Shown here piece by piece: positions 1 to 14,323 of a stretch of 56,736 bases of DNA (positions are counted from its first letter, which is position 1; every line of letters begins with the position of its first letter). Where the stretch lies: assembly GCA_000934665.2 (NCBI GenBank), contig JYFJ02000610.1, positions 62,001-118,736 on the forward strand. Direction: 5' to 3'. The notes under the pieces are model-generated. The model was not told where the DNA came from and searched no databases. It saw nothing but the letters and a program-made list of their open reading frames with translations. The position numbers and the translations under genes are program-made. The DNA is from Catajapyx aquilonaris. Its lineage: Eukaryota.

Positions 1-205
1 AAACTATCCTATAGGATTGTTTTTCACTGATTAATGGCATTAATGCTTTGCCTGCTTTGCTACTTTGCCATTAATCAGTGAAAAACTATCCTATAGGATA
101 GTTTTTCACTGATTAATGGCAAAGCAGTAACCTTCCTCAATATGAATGCTATTAATCAGGGAAAAACTATCCCATAGGATAGTTTTTCCCCTGATTAATG
201 GCAAG
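1..205. repeat. Short tandem/inverted palindromic repeat units
   Basis: AAAAACTATCCTATAGGATAGTTTTT palindromes flanked by GCCATTAATCAG/CTGATTAATGGC, repeated three times. Confidence 0.75.
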
Positions 206-2179
206 AGCAGGTTTTTGAGGGGAGATATTCGGTTTTGTGTGATCGATACTTGAAACGTTGCACTCTGGCCAACAGCTGGCGCCATTTCTGCTGCACAAGT
301 CTTCCTCCCAGCGCGAAAATTGACTTTTCTAAAAGTACCGACTTGTTGTAACGACTCAGGCAATAAAAAAACTGGGGGGGTCTGGGAAACTAACCAGGAG
401 AGAAAAGCTGACCCTAGAGTTTGGGGTGGATGGAAATGGATGCCTTTTGCTTCGTTCGATCCAACAAGCTCCCTCTACCAGAATCTCATATTGCCAAAAA
501 GGTACCTCCGGCACCAAATCTGCCAAAAAATTTGGATCGATTTCTATGAATTTTTGTTTCATCCATGACCTGTGGTTTATTGACTTCCACCATATTATTC
601 AGTGCTATAAAAGGGGGTGTGGAGTTAGGAAGTGGAGGAGATGATAGTATCGACAGGGTATGATTTATGAAAAGCCTTATAAAACAGATTTGCAAAGTAT
701 TCGTACAGGTAAGAAAATATTTAATAAATGAAATTATAAGTAGCCCTAACATATAAAAATGTAAAAAAAAGTATTTAAAAATTTATTATTTAAATGTACC
801 GTACGGTTGATGATAATATCGACAGTGCTCTAATTTATGTAGTGTTTTATAAAACAGCTAAAAATGCAAAAGTTGTGCAGGTAAGAAATATTTAACTAAT
901 TAAATATAAATAATCAATATTGGATGAACATATGAAAATGTAAGAAGCGCATTTTAAAATAATTGAAGAGGAATTGAACAGGTAAAAAAAATCGTTAATA
1001 TTGATGAACCTGCAAAAATCGTGCGTCATGCTCACCGTGCATAAAAATTCATTTGGCCCACAATCTTCGGTTGTTTATAATTAAATTACTAATACTAATT
1101 ATTAAACCACAGAATTGAACACTTTTATCAATTTTCTGCTATAAATAATTTAACCTACTTTTTCAATCTATTTTCATATGTAAACAACCTATTAGCGGTC
1201 CATACTACCGTATAATACATAAAAAATGACATGCTAATTTTAAAATTACTGCTAATAAATATTTACTCTCCACATTTATCCAGTTAACTGTAAAGCGTAG
1301 TGGCTAAATTCTCTCTCTACACTATACCCAAAATTCACTTGCACCATGTAGAGGCTTAGGGTACATTAGGCCTGAAAATCCTCCTAGAATTGAAAACACG
1401 TGATCTCAAGCTCAAAGTGAGCCTCTCAATGGCCCTGCTTTCCCTAGACGACCCCCATAAAATCAAGTCTTCAACGTCTCTCATGAAAAGTTCAAACCTG
1501 GATATTATATTACCCTCAAAAAATTCCGACCTAGTTTTCCTTTTACCCTATATAATCCCTATAGGTTTTTCCAACCATTTATGTTACCTTCTGCATAGTT
1601 ATGCTCTTTTGTCTCTACTTCGAATTGCCTAGATAGCTGCCTTAAAACAGAAGTCAGACCATAGTATCATGGGGGGGGGGGGGGGGGGAAGGAGTAAAAT
1701 TTAAACGGAANTAAAGGAGGCCTGTGACATTATTTCACTTCTTGCTCATTATAACTTCCTAGTGTATAGAGAACACTCCTGCGTCTAGATTACCTTTCTG
1801 ACAGAATTACACCTTCATTGTGCTCGGGGAAAATAAAATGCACAAAAGCCTCCGGACTTAAATGACCACCCTGGAGATCTCGGGTTCAGATTTCGGTTAT
1901 AATTGGACCCGGTTCTTGTGGCGACAACAAAACATTCTGTGGTGGAATAAACTCGACCTGGTTTGTAACTAGCGAATAAAAAGTCAATTGTTTTTTTTTA
2001 AAATTATGAATAATCTGACAAATACTAGGTGTAGGACACATTTTTAATATTTTTAGTATTTTACTAGAAAAAGCCTCTGTATGATCGCATTTTTATATGG
2101 CGCAGGCGTAGAAACAGTTCAGGGGTTTTCTAGGCCTGTGGCCTGAGGTGGACACCGTATTTTTGTTCGCTTCGATTAT

Positions 2180-2420
2180 TTTTGTATTACGATTATTTAT
2201 TATGTATTGTAATTTTTGTATTATTTATTTTGTATTTTATTTATGTATTTTCATTTTTATTTTTATTTGATATTTTATTTATGTATTTTTATTTTTATTT
2301 TTATTTGATATTTTATTTTTATTTTTATTTTTATTTTTATTTATGTATTTTTATTTGTATTTTTATTTGATATTTTATTTTTGTACTATATATTTTTAAT
2401 TTGATATTTTATTTGTATTT
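2180..2420. repeat. AT-rich low-complexity (TTTTAT)n
   Basis: Degenerate hexamer repeat read directly. Confidence 0.85.
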
Positions 2421-4929
2421 AAATATTTTTAGTAGTCTATACATTTTAGTTGAATAGAGGATTCATACATGAATATTAAATCATACATTGCAGCAGGCAG
2501 ACATTTTGAGTCCAACTTGTACAAGGTTTTCCAGCCGTCAGTACAGTACCTTACGGAGCATGTTATTACTTAAGGCACATTACCCAAACTGGAATATATA
2601 GGTAAAAAAAAAGAATATGCTCATCAAGCTTGCCGTGCAGGTTGACGCAGACAAAACGCTTGCGGGTCTACTGCAGCACGTTTCGTCTTTCATGTTAGCG
2701 AAATTAAATAGGAGAATAATGGAGCACGTCTTCATGCGAAATTCCTATCCTGTTTAGAGTTTAAAATATAAATAAACCTGGCTTGAAAATGTCATTTTGA
2801 TATGGAACTGTAAGTACATATTACAGTACAGATTATAAAATGACATGACCTATAAATGCAACAGTGTTCATTATCTGTTTTAATTTAATTTAATAGTGTA
2901 AGTATGGGTACAACCTGTAATACTTGAGCGATATTAACCGTTATATACATTAATTATTTTGTGTTTAATATTCAAATATTTAATGAGCAAATGGGGAACT
3001 TACACAATAGCTAAAATCTAATAATTGAGCAGAGAAACCATTGTTTCAAATGAAAATATGTAATTTCTATAACTCATATCATCACATTGTTAATGTGATG
3101 CTATATTTAAGTTATACTTAACACATTATATATATAGTATTTTGTTTGATTTATCATGATGTATCACAGTATCAATTAATTATACCGAAGCAGGTTGGCA
3201 GGTTTTCTGTGGTTTCCATTGCCCCCTCCAGGACAATTCCGGGGTCGGTTCCGTAAAAATAGGCCACAGCCGCTTCCTTCCATCCCTATCCCTGGTCCCA
3301 TCCAATGGTGGTAATCCACCCCCCTAAGGGAGCCAAAGGCTGTAGCAAGGGGTATGATAAATAAAAATATCAATTAATTATTGAAAAATTTCCCACATTA
3401 ACTATGATCTTTTAAAATCAGTTTTAATAGAAAAATTGACATCTTAAAAACTATTATTTATCCTAATCATTTGAATTAAAATTCAGAATTTAAAAACCAC
3501 TAAACGAACCATTTTAAAAACTACTATATATTATACCTAGTCCCATCGGGTTCAATTAGTTCCGACTACTTTATCCTGGTCTTGTAGCAACTCTTCGCAC
3601 AGGCCCCACGGTGAGTGTGTGTGTGCGTGTGTGTGAAGGGTTGCTTCAAGCCCAGGATAAAGTGGCCAGAACTAATTGAACCCGATAGTACATGAGAAAT
3701 AATCTCCACAGTTATTACTTTTCACTGCCATTAATGTCACAACAATGAATCAACAATTGGAGATCCAGATTCCAGTGTTACCCAGCCCAACTCAGGTGCC
3801 CTATACCTGTACGAACATTACCCCCAAATGACCCCTACCCAGCATTTTTTGGTTCCTCTTTTGATCCTCAGTATGGCCCAAAGCCTAAGTCATCTTAAAA
3901 GCACGGAAAAAAAATTCAGAGATGTTCCAGACTGAAGATTCTGAGGGTAAGAAGCAGAGGCTACACAGGCCGTCGGATTCCCATTACGATAGCGAAGGGG
4001 GGAAGGGGGGGGGGCTACAGGTCAGTTAGTCTGGATTGGGGGGAGTGAGGAATTGAGCTGATTTGGCATGTTTTCCTGCCCAACTGGATGTGGGAACAAA
4101 GAAGCCAAAAGCTCTCTCCTTCCCCCCCTTCCCCCTCCTCTTATTTCTTAGTCTCCCAGCTCCTTGGGTTTTCTTTTCCAGTCTGTTTTCCTTCCTGTTC
4201 CATCCAGAAGGAGGAAAAATCTGGAAGAGGATTTTTTCTTCTCTCTCTCTCTCTATCTCTAGGATAGGATGAGTGGATTCCCTTTTTTGTGAGTTTCGAT
4301 GGGCTTACAAGGGGGGCAAGAGGAGCGATGTGAGGCCAACAGGTGCAGGAGAGATGAGGGAGGGACTCCAGAGTAATCTTCTTTCGCTTCCCAAGCCTGC
4401 CTTGAAGGGATAAAACGCGGCCAATAGACTTTGAGTTTTTAATTTTTATGTGGGTCACTAGAGGGTGAAAAACTGATGCTATTCTGAGAGAGACTCGAAG
4501 GTGAGAGTGGAACCTACAAAAAGTCTACTCGCTTTGTCTATGATATGTTTCATCCTGGCATAACCCAATGCAACCCATCGAACACATTTGATCTCTGTCC
4601 GTATATTGGGGGACCTAGAGCTAGAAGGAGGCTCGAAGGTAGAAGTTGGACCTGGAGAGAGGCTAGAAGGTAGAAGTGGGACCTGGAGAGAGGCTAGAAG
4701 GTGGAAGTAGAACCTAGAAGAAGTCTACTTGCTTTGTCTACATGTTTCATCCTGGCATGATGCAGCCCAACGAACACGCTTTGAATAATGATGCTGCTAT
4801 TGTCAATAGAGAGATCAGTTATACTATGAGCCTCAAGATGTAAGTACAAGAATACTGTAGCCTACTGCCATCTTGCGTTATTCAAAGCATGTTTGTTGGG
4901 TTGCATCATGCCAGGATGAAACAAAGCTG

Positions 4930-5371
4930 GTACTATCGGTCTCAATATCGGTCACTTTATCCTGGTCTTGAAGCAACCATTCACACACACACTCTCTGCG
5001 GCCTATTAGGTGCGAGGACGTGATAAAGACAACGTTTCAAAGCGAGTGTAAACTAACCTAACCTAACCTAACCTAACCTAACCTACCTTAACTAACCTAC
5101 CCTGAGAGAAATGGACTCGTGAGACCCTGAAAATCGGAATTGTGGGGACATGTCCCCCCCTATAACGGTAACTTTCTGGTGTGTGAAGATGTGGGGACCC
5201 AAAATGTCCCCACAAGGGACAGTAGTCCCCACAGTTACAGTAAAAACACATACAGTACTTCCGGTCCCACAGCTTATTGAAGACAAGAACACCTCCTCAC
5301 CGTGGGGCCTGTGCGAAGGGTTGCTTCAAGACCAGGATAAAGTGGCCGAAACTAATTGAGACCGATAGTAC
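4930..5371. mobile_element. MITE (TIR GTACTATCGG...CCGATAGTAC) carrying a nested TTAGG-containing element; empty copies at ~3538-3691 and ~6118-6234
   Basis: ~50 bp imperfect TIRs (actttatcctggtcttgaagcaacc / ggttgcttcaagaccaggataaagt) are shared by three copies. Confidence 0.75.
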
Positions 5372-8300
5372 CTTATGCTGAAAACGTGCAGTACAAACAC
5401 GACCAACTCTTAATTAATGGTCTATGGTCCATTGTGTACTCTGTGAAGCCCCCTATTCTTAAGAGTCGTTTTAATAGCTAGAGTCCGGACAGTCCAAGCT
5501 AGCCACTGCGGCCCCCTTAATGCCAGAGCCCAGTGGGATCCTCATTAAAGCCATTTGATCCGGGAGCTTGATCAAAGCCGGATTAAATGGCCAGTCACTG
5601 AAGAAGAGACGACCTCGCGTCTCATCCACTCATCTCAGACTCGACTAATTTCTTGTCAGACTAAAGCTTGCATCATGACCTCTCTGAAGAGTAAGGAGAG
5701 AACTCTGAGGATGGGAAGGAGGGTTTTGGTTATCCCAACACCCAACCGACTGATTACTCCTGCGCAAATGCCCTGCCATCCGATTACCGCTATACAATTA
5801 GGACATACCTATGAATTATAATGAAACAGGAGCTAGAGATTTGGTGGGTGCTAGACTACAACAGTCGAATTGGGAACTGTGGCTCTGTAAATTAACTTCA
5901 TTGTAATGAATAGAAATGTAAGGGGATTTGACTTTGTGGGGAGAGGTGGGGTTTCCAGTAGGCGAACACGCCTTTGGCCCAAAGTGAGACGAAGAAGAGT
6001 TATTGTCGAGTTTCTAGGCCAGGAATGCGACTTGGATTAATCAGACTGGAGGAAATTGAGTTTCCTGTTGGAAATATCTACTAGAAATCATTTATGGGTT
6101 AAGTCAAGCAAGTTGGAACTATGGGGCTCAAATTGTTCTGGCCACTTTACCCGGGTCTTGAAGCAACCCTTCACACAGGCTCCACGGTGACTGGTGTGTG
6201 CTTCAAGACCAGGATAAAGTGGCACGACCGATAGGTGGGGATGTGCTCATATAAACACCATTCTTAACAGCCTACAGAAAAATTAACGGAATTAAATTAG
6301 GAAGTAACAATCGCTGCTCTGGCTGCTTTGAGAAGTAGCTATAATATAACTGTTGGTGATGCTGGTATTAGCTGCGTGATGAACATGATGGGACATGATG
6401 GGGACATTGTATTTCGATTCCTGTGACCAAGGATGACCTCGGAGGTGAAGTCCAATGTGCGAAAAATCTTCCCCGTTAAAAACTACCCCTAATGATCACC
6501 CTGGGGCATACATGGAGGCCTCCGTATTGATTTGAATCGGGAACATACGTTGTGAAATATGTATTAGATATCAAAAATATTTGAAAATAATAACAACGTG
6601 AAGCAGTTGAAACTACAGCTTCAACTCTTTAAAATCTGCAAATTGTTTGTACAAAACAAGAATATAAAAATACGTACATATTTTTTATTCTGTTTGTAAA
6701 AGCAATCGTGACCAGTCCGCCTCCATTATTTTGTCTCCTCAGATCCCGACGAGCATACGAGTGTCCTTCAAGCACCCTGAATATGGACCAGTCCTCAACA
6801 AATCACCATTATTTTCCCCAGGGCACGCGTTTTTGGAATTTTAAGGAGGCTATACACTGTAGCAGAACTGCTACTGGAATAGGGCAAGTTTCCAAAAAAA
6901 AATGTTTTTTTCCCCCCTTCGTCTTCCTTCCCCATCTCTCCCCCATCATTTGGTCCAGATCTAGGGGAAGGAGGAGGAAAAAAAAACTATGGCAACAGAT
7001 TGAAACGAGCTGGCCAATTTAGTGTTGCCTACCAAAATGGTTGTAATCGATAAGAGCATTAGTGATTCTATCCGAGACTATCCTTTGGGGTCTTAAGCCG
7101 ATTTGAAAGCAATCGTTATGCGGTTAATATTCATGCCGCAAGATAATTTTACTGTAGTATAATTTGCAGTGTAGGTCTAGGCCAAGGCTTGTGTTAAATA
7201 TTCATGGAGACCAGAAGGTTCCAATAAAGACGTTAGTGTGAGAATTTCTTATGTTACAAGATTTTTTTAAATGAATTCTAGAAATATGTAGGCTCAACGA
7301 ACATTGTGTGAATTGTAATGAAAATTAGCACATAAGTTAATCTTGATATTTTCTAGTCTTTTTTAAAGTTAATCCTATATAAGGGCTCTTATGGGCTCTC
7401 AGACCACTGTGGTTCATTAACATCATCCTCTCCAAAGGCATAAGAGGATTAGGTCATTCATGCCCTTAAATATATCAAGGAATCCTATTACACGTGATCT
7501 CCCTACCACAACATCAGTTGAGTTCATGTAAAGACTAAGGATTGAAAGGACCAGAAAATCTACATATTTGCTCAAACAATCGACAATCTATTATATTTTT
7601 TAACATTTTCGTCGGGTTTGCGTTAGGCTTCTGATTGGCCCGCCGTATATTGTTAGCGCGGTACTTCCGATTGGCCACCGTCCTGCGCCTGCGCAATGGG
7701 GAAGGGGGCACAGTTGCTTGCTGACTTGCGGCGAGTAAACATCACGGAGCGTCTCCCCAGACACCTCAACCCTTCCCGCTCCTCTACCGGCCTAGGGTTT
7801 GCTAGGCCCGCGCCGTAGAAAAATTGAGGGTATTTCTAAAGCAGCTATTATTTTTTTAAACAATAGTAAATTCTTAGTAGTACCACTATCTGTGTACTGT
7901 TCCCACACATTTTGTCTGGAATTTCTTTCAACCTTCTTATGACTTTCTTAACAATGAAAGAAGGTTGGTGGAAACTTTCAATTGTGAATGTCCCCTTCTC
8001 GGTTCTTTTATACTTTTTTTTAAAGAAATTCTACCGTCTTTCCGCTCTGAAACCGTTCTGTCACGCCCTGAAGCGTAGCTCCAAAAAACGTAGCTCATGC
8101 CTAAGAAAAAGACTATCAAAAACTGGATACCTGAGGCCAACAATTCAACAGGAAAAAAAAATTCCATAAAAGAGATGAGTTTTATTCCTAAACTTCTCCC
8201 CTCCCAATTCCACCAGTTACTTATGCTCTCCCTAAGATCGATCCTAGGACAGTTCCCTCTAAAGATAAATCCTGTGGCAGAAGCACCCCCCATTTCCAAG

Positions 8301-8809
8301 ATAAGTCAGCACTTGGGACCCACCCTTTCTTTGTCTCCCTTTTTGGCGCCAAGCCGCCATCTTTATCCCTAGATGGCGCTTCCCTTTCCTTGTCTAGTCC
8401 CCTTGTGTTTCTAGGACCAGCTTAGACTTTTTACAAAAAAGAAACCTGGTTCTCTCGACATCCTCAGGTCACGGCTCCTTGCCCATGAATCCTAGGAATG
8501 AAGTTCAAGGAAGCCCGCATGCAAAGGGAGGGGTTTTTCCTATTAACTAAAAGAGGGAGCGAAGCTATAAAAATGCTTCAGTGGAACGCGATCTATTCTG
8601 GATATCACTAGACTGGAAAATCCATCTCAGATATGAGCTTTTCTGGCCTCAAAAAATTCCAAAATAGTACATGCGGGTAAGGAATCAGTAATGGTCTAAC
8701 TTGTAAGAAAAATACATTGACCATTTAATTTAAACAAATATTATGTATTAGCAGTTATTTAATTACGTTACAAACTGACGTTCTAATAAAATCAGTTATT
8801 TTGTAACCG

Positions 8810-9050
8810 AAGCTAATCGGAAGGTCCTGGGTTCGAATCCCGGGGCCGTGGTTTTCTGAGGTTTTCCACGCCCCCCCCCCCCCNNNNNNNNNCCCCCCCA
8901 GGATAATTCCGGGATCGCTTCTGTATAATAGGCCACAGCCGCTTCCTTCCTTCCCTATCCTTGGCCCCATCCCATGGTGGTATTCCACCCCTTTAATGGA
9001 GAGCCGATTCTCCCGATGGGGTATAAATAAATAAATAAAATAAAATAATA
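8810..9050 (+). mobile_element. tRNA-derived SINE copy (5'-truncated relative at ~3187-3365)
   Basis: B box GGTTCGAATCC, body shared with 52958-53226, and an (AAAT)n tail. Confidence 0.7.
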
Positions 9051-9645
9051 ATTAGTTATTTGTAGCTATTGAAGTTGGCGTTTTTGGCCGTTTTCGACCG
9101 TTATTAGACGTTACAGGCGCCAGATCCGGTATAAAATGGATAAACAAGCAAAGATTGTTTGTTTGTCAATTTCATAACTTACCTGGCGCCAATAACGGCC
9201 AATAACGGTCAAAAACTGCCAAAACCGCCAATTTCAATTGATGCATTTTATGTCACTTAAGTTAGTTACTTATTTACTGTTATAAGCTGGCGTTATAATA
9301 GGCCTAATCAGTTATTTGTAGCAATTGAAATTGGCGTTTTTGGCCGGTTTTGGCTGCTACTAGACGTTACTGGCGCCAGATCCGGTATGAAATGGACAAA
9401 CAAGCAAAGTTTGTTTGTTTCTTTGTACATCTTATACCGGATTTGGCCCCAATAACGGTCAAAACCTGCCAATTTCATGCATTTTGTTACTCTTAACAAT
9501 AAGTTACTTTAGTACGTTACAAGCCGATGTTATAATAAGTTATTTGTAGCAATTGAAATTGGCGTTTTAGCCGTTATTAGCCGTTATTAGCCGTTATTAG
9601 CGCCAGATCCGGTATAAAATGGACAAAAACACAAACAAACTTTGC
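9050..9645. repeat. ~250-bp unit tandem repeat, about 2.5 copies
   Basis: AGTTATTTGTAGC.ATTGAA.TTGGCGTTTT...GCGCCAGATCCGGTAT recurs at ~9054, ~9310 and ~9538. Confidence 0.8.
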
Positions 9646-10109
9646 CTTTTATATCATATAAATTTATTTAGTGGTTATAATTGCTTATTTATACAGGGAG
9701 TTCCAGTTCGTGGGTAACTTTTTGATAACTAATATCACCCTATAGCAGTTATTTTTTGAGCTTGAGATGCCCCTAACCATGTGACCCATTCTTCCCCATT
9801 CTTCAGGATCGAATGTAGCAGGTGCTAAAGAATGAAGCATACGGTTAGGGGCACAAAAAGCTACAAAAAATAACTGATATCGGGCCATATCAGTTATCAA
9901 AAATAAAAAGTGACCCTCCACGAACATGGGTGTATCCTAAACGTGGGTCTACCTACCCATTTCTTCCCAAAACTATCTCGATTTTCTATCTAACCTAGTG
10001 TGAATGACCCCTGAGATTTATTTATTTGTTAATTAATAATTTCCATATCTATATGTGGCCTATAGTGCCCTAGTCGTGCGCATGGGAGAAACTGATGAAT
10101 TGTTCCCTA

Positions 10110-10201
10110 TACAGGGTGTTTCAACTTTTTTCGTCCGAACAGTTATCGGAATAAAATATTTTCCGATAACTGTTCGGACAAAAAAGTTGAAACACCCTGT
10201 A
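10110..10201. mobile_element. Tc1/mariner-type hairpin MITE
   Basis: Near-perfect palindrome TA|CAGGGTGTTTCAAC...GTTGAAACACCCTG|TA. A related end lies at ~56522. Confidence 0.75.
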
Positions 10202-10633
10202 TAATAATATTCATTTTAAAAAGCCAATTTCGATTGTTTATCTAACCTATGTGAATGACCCTTCCCACCATATAAAATCCCATAGCAGGCCTCATCATCC
10301 CCCAAAATTATTTTTTTTTCCCGCCTAAAATTTACAAGCGCGACTAAAAGCGCGTTCCTCTCTCGTCCCGCCCTTGCGTACTGTACATTTACAGCTAAAT
10401 GGGTAATGATGGAGGAAAGGCAATCAGTGTCACGGACTCGTTAATTAATGCTCCGGAATCCACCGCGCCAAGCATTATTTTCTTCTCATAAAGTGAGCAA
10501 AGCAAGGTGTTTGAATGGAAGCGGACGCCATCTGTCGGAGGAATTGTGAAGGAGAATTCCGGCCGGTAGATGTCACCGGTGTTTGGGATTGGAATTTCGG
10601 ACACGGCCAAGCCCCCGGTGTGTGGTGTTGAAG

Positions 10634-13600
10634 ATGGCGACGTTCGACGGATCCTCTTTCCCGTCCCAGGGAAGCGAGATGTCGGCGGATACGTGCGAGG
10701 CGAAGCTGGAGAGAGCACAGGTGTACAAGCAGGAGGGGAATGACCAGTACGCGGCTGGGGAGCACCAGAAGGCGGTGCGGTCATACCACAAGTGAGTTGG
10801 GTACATGGCGTGGTTAGGGTCAGCTAATAATGAGTGTGTCTTTTTCCAGGGCGTTGCTGTACCTGAAGGGAATCAGGTCTGATACTTTCGATGCCAGGGG
10901 GACCTTGCTGGGCGTGCTTGGAGGCTGCGGGGAGCCAAGGGTTCAGAAGAGTACGGTGATGGCAGCGGAGTCGGTCGAGGCGGATTGCTACAATAATCTG
11001 GCCGGTGAGGAATTGGCCAGGTGGTGGCTACACCGTGCTGGTGTGTCACGGGTTTGGCTGCGACTGCAACAGGCCTATGCTTCTCTCCATCTGGCCCACC
11101 CACAGACTAGATATCTAAAGGCCGGTATCCACGTACAAGTTTTCTCGCATACGAGGAGCCAACTGCGCATGCCCAGATCCGAGGAACGAGGAAAAGTCGA
11201 AAATTTGCAACTGTAATCCCCATTTCGAGGGACAAGAGGGGCCCTGAGGCGACAAAGAGTCCGCCTCGACGTACAAGATTTCTCGCGTAAGAGGAACTTG
11301 CACGTCGATACCGGCCTTAAGGACTGGCCACTCCCTCTTATCGTGTTGGGAGGCTAAAGGGGAGGTAATGCGGTACAGAACCACAGGTGGAGCTGAGCAG
11401 GCCCAGACCAAAGCGAAGCACTTCTCCCCGATGCCATCGATCGAAACACCTATCCGCACGTTCTTATTTAAACCAATGAGCTGCTGTGGCCTGAGCGTGT
11501 TCTCTTCGAACGATGTGATGTGCTTCTCTTCGGTCTGGGCCCTATGGTTCTGTAATGTATTACCTCCCCGTTAGCCTCCCAGCACGATAATGGGGGGAGT
11601 GACAAGTCCTTATTATTACTAGTCCGTGGTCCCACCTTTGCATCTTCTTACAGCCATAGTTGCTTTGGCTTCTCAATAAACCAAACCTATACTTCTGTGG
11701 GTCATCCAAATTTATCGCACTCTAATGGAGTTAGGGGGTTGAGCGCAGGCCCAGCAACTTACACTTTAGCCTAATGGGGATGGCCATGCTCCTAACGAGT
11801 CCTTTGCCACCCAGAATTTAGCGCTGCGGTCGGGCACTGTACCAAATCGCATTAGAACAGACGACTTCTGAACTGTTCTGAACCTACCTACACTGCCTAT
11901 TCCCATTCAGCCCCAGTCTGGAGATTCGCGCACCAGCCACCTGAATGCGATTTGGAACTCAGAAGTTGTCCGCCCAAGTGCGATTTCGTACAGTGCCCGA
12001 TTGGAGCTCCAAATCCAGGGTGGTGAAGGACTCGTGAAGAGCATGGGCATCCCCATAAGGCTAGGGTGGGAGTTTCCGGGGCTGATTAGAAACATGAGCA
12101 TTCATGGCATTCCATTTTGGTGCGTTGTTGCGCAATGGAGGGGAAGTCTGCCAGGGTGGAAACACTGGGGATTGAGAGCGGAGGACCTTTCCCTCCAGCT
12201 GTGAGGTGGCGATGGGAGTGGGGGACATGCGCAGAAGAAGGGAGTGACATAATATGACGCCAAATGCGAGAGAAGCTGGTCTGCCATTGGCTCCCAATGT
12301 CTCGCCACAATGCGCATATCAATGATGTAATTGCGCCGTTAGCATAAGACACATGAAGCAGTAGTTAGGCGAATTGTAACTATGTTATTATTGCTGGTTT
12401 TCACATGGTTGGAGGGTAAATGGTTTCTTGAAGTTGTTTTGCAGTGCTCCCAGTGCACACCATAAAGAAACAGGTTGGGTATGAGGTATGAGCCTGCCCC
12501 TCCTACCTAAATAAATGCTGAAGCCATTGTTTTGCTTATCACAGAGACAAAGTCCAGCCTGTGCATGGTGTAAACATCCCTGTTGTGACAGCCAGGTCTC
12601 CTTTTTTTTTTTTTGTCTGAGTCTAGAGTGCTGGCTTCTCCCAGCAAATGGCAGGGTCCCCTTACAATGGCTAGGCATGCTTTATACATGGGTTGAGTCA
12701 ACAGTCATGCTGTGTATTTTACAATTCAAAAATGGTAATACATACGGAGATGACCTTTGCTACGTTTTAAAGTTCCTGCAATTACAGTTTGACCTGGAAT
12801 ATAGATGTTGCCCATATCACAATGCGGGCCAGGAAACAAAAGGGATCATGACCCCCCACGGCACCACCCTAAGACAGTCTGAGACTGACGCACTTGGAGC
12901 TGTTGAACACTGCATGCAGGACACTCAGTGTTGAATGACACAGGAGCTTGCTTTCGAGTGTGGGACAAGTCAGAGCATTACGCTTAGGACTCAGAAAGAT
13001 CTCAGGAAGTTGTGGTCCTCACTGTTTCCTCAGCATCCTTGAGGTGTGAAAGTGGCACTGCTTTGCCCTCACCGAAAAACATTTGGATTGTGGCAATTGA
13101 TGACACATGGCTCCGATCATAGCGCTCTGACTTGTGGCACACTCAAAATCAGGCTCTTGTGTTGTCCATTGCGGAGTTTCCTGCATGCATTGTTCTACAG
13201 CTCCAAGCGCGTCAGGTTCAGGTTGTCTTGGGTGGTTTTGGGTGGGAGGTGTTGAGTAGATTTGGGGGAAGCCCTGCAAGGTGCAATAGGGAAGTCAAGG
13301 TAGTTCATTTTATTTTTGCAGGAATTTTTTGTGGACAGAGAAAATGTTGATGGTGAGCTTGGCATTAGTTGGCCTTACTAACACTTACTCTCTTGTGATT
13401 CCAGCCTGCTTCCTGCTCCTGCCAGAGCAGGACCTTCACAAGGTGTTAAAGTACTGTGAATTGGTGATCGAGAAGAAGCCCAACAACGCCAAGGCCTGGT
13501 TCCGCATGGGACAGGCTCACTATCGCCTGACAAACGTGGGAAAGGCAAGTGACTGCTTCCAGAGGGCAAACACATTGCTTGAGGGGAAGGATCCCAATGT

Positions 13601-13697
13601 GGTCAGGTTCTTGGCTTTGTGCAACAAGAACGTGGAAGAGGATCGTCAGAGGGAGAAGACGCTCTACAAGGACATGTTTGCCAAGATGAGCCTGTGA
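10634..13697 (+). CDS. TTC9: Tetratricopeptide repeat protein, TTC9/TTC9C-like (201 aa); exons 10634-10791, 10850-11004, 13405-13697
   Basis: The spliced ORF reads AQVYKQEGNDQY...KAVRSYHKALLYLKG...DCYNNLAACFL...PNNAKAWFRMGQAHY...EKTLYKDMF, matching the TTC9 TPR pattern. Introns are GT-AG and phase-consistent. AATAAA lies near 13871. Confidence 0.88.
11119..11611. mobile_element. Two adjacent MITEs in TTC9 intron 2 (~11119-11317 PIF/Harbinger-like; ~11320-11611)
   Basis: TIR pairs AGGCCGGTATC...GATACCGGCCT and GGGAGGCTAAAGGGGAGGTAAT...ATTACCTCCCCGTTAGCCTCCC. Confidence 0.7.
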
Positions 13698-14323
13698 TTT
13701 GGCAGCTGAACAAGCAGCAAGATGGATCTGACTTAGTCCCAGATTTTTTCAAGTGTATACGGATATTTGTTCAAGTGTATGCGGATTTGCTAAAGCAAAC
13801 TTTCTTGTTCCAATTTTTGTACTTTTATGAGTTGTGGCTTTTTTTTTAGTTCTTCAAGGAGACTGTTTGCAATAAATAAGTTCCTAATTATGGTGCATTT
13901 CATCTGTCAGTCCCGAGGTTGTATGGGAGAACTTTGCTTGAAGATTTTAACTTTCTGTTTGGTCAACTACGGTGGACTGAGCGATATAAGAGGCTTCAAA
14001 GGGTTGTGGAAATCAATATCCTACAACTGCGGTTTCCTATTTCCGAATGTATGGCCATATATGGAGGTATGGCGAGGCCAGCCTTTTCTGTGGGCTATAG
14101 CCAAGGGTTGTTCATAGCTGAGGCTGTTATATCGGGAGTCAAACTGTATATCTAATAGCGAAACAAGGCTGAAAGTAATGTTAATTATCTTGTGTCATGT
14201 TCACAAAAACACCTGACACCAGAATACAATCATATCCTAATTGGAATTTATTTCATAATGTGAATATACGCTATACAGTTTGTGCACCTGTGTACACTCT
14301 GCGACACTCATCACCAGAGCAGG

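Noticed and set aside
5053..5100. Telomere or chromosome-fusion site
   Set aside because: The short (CCTAA)n run is internal to a dispersed TIR element.
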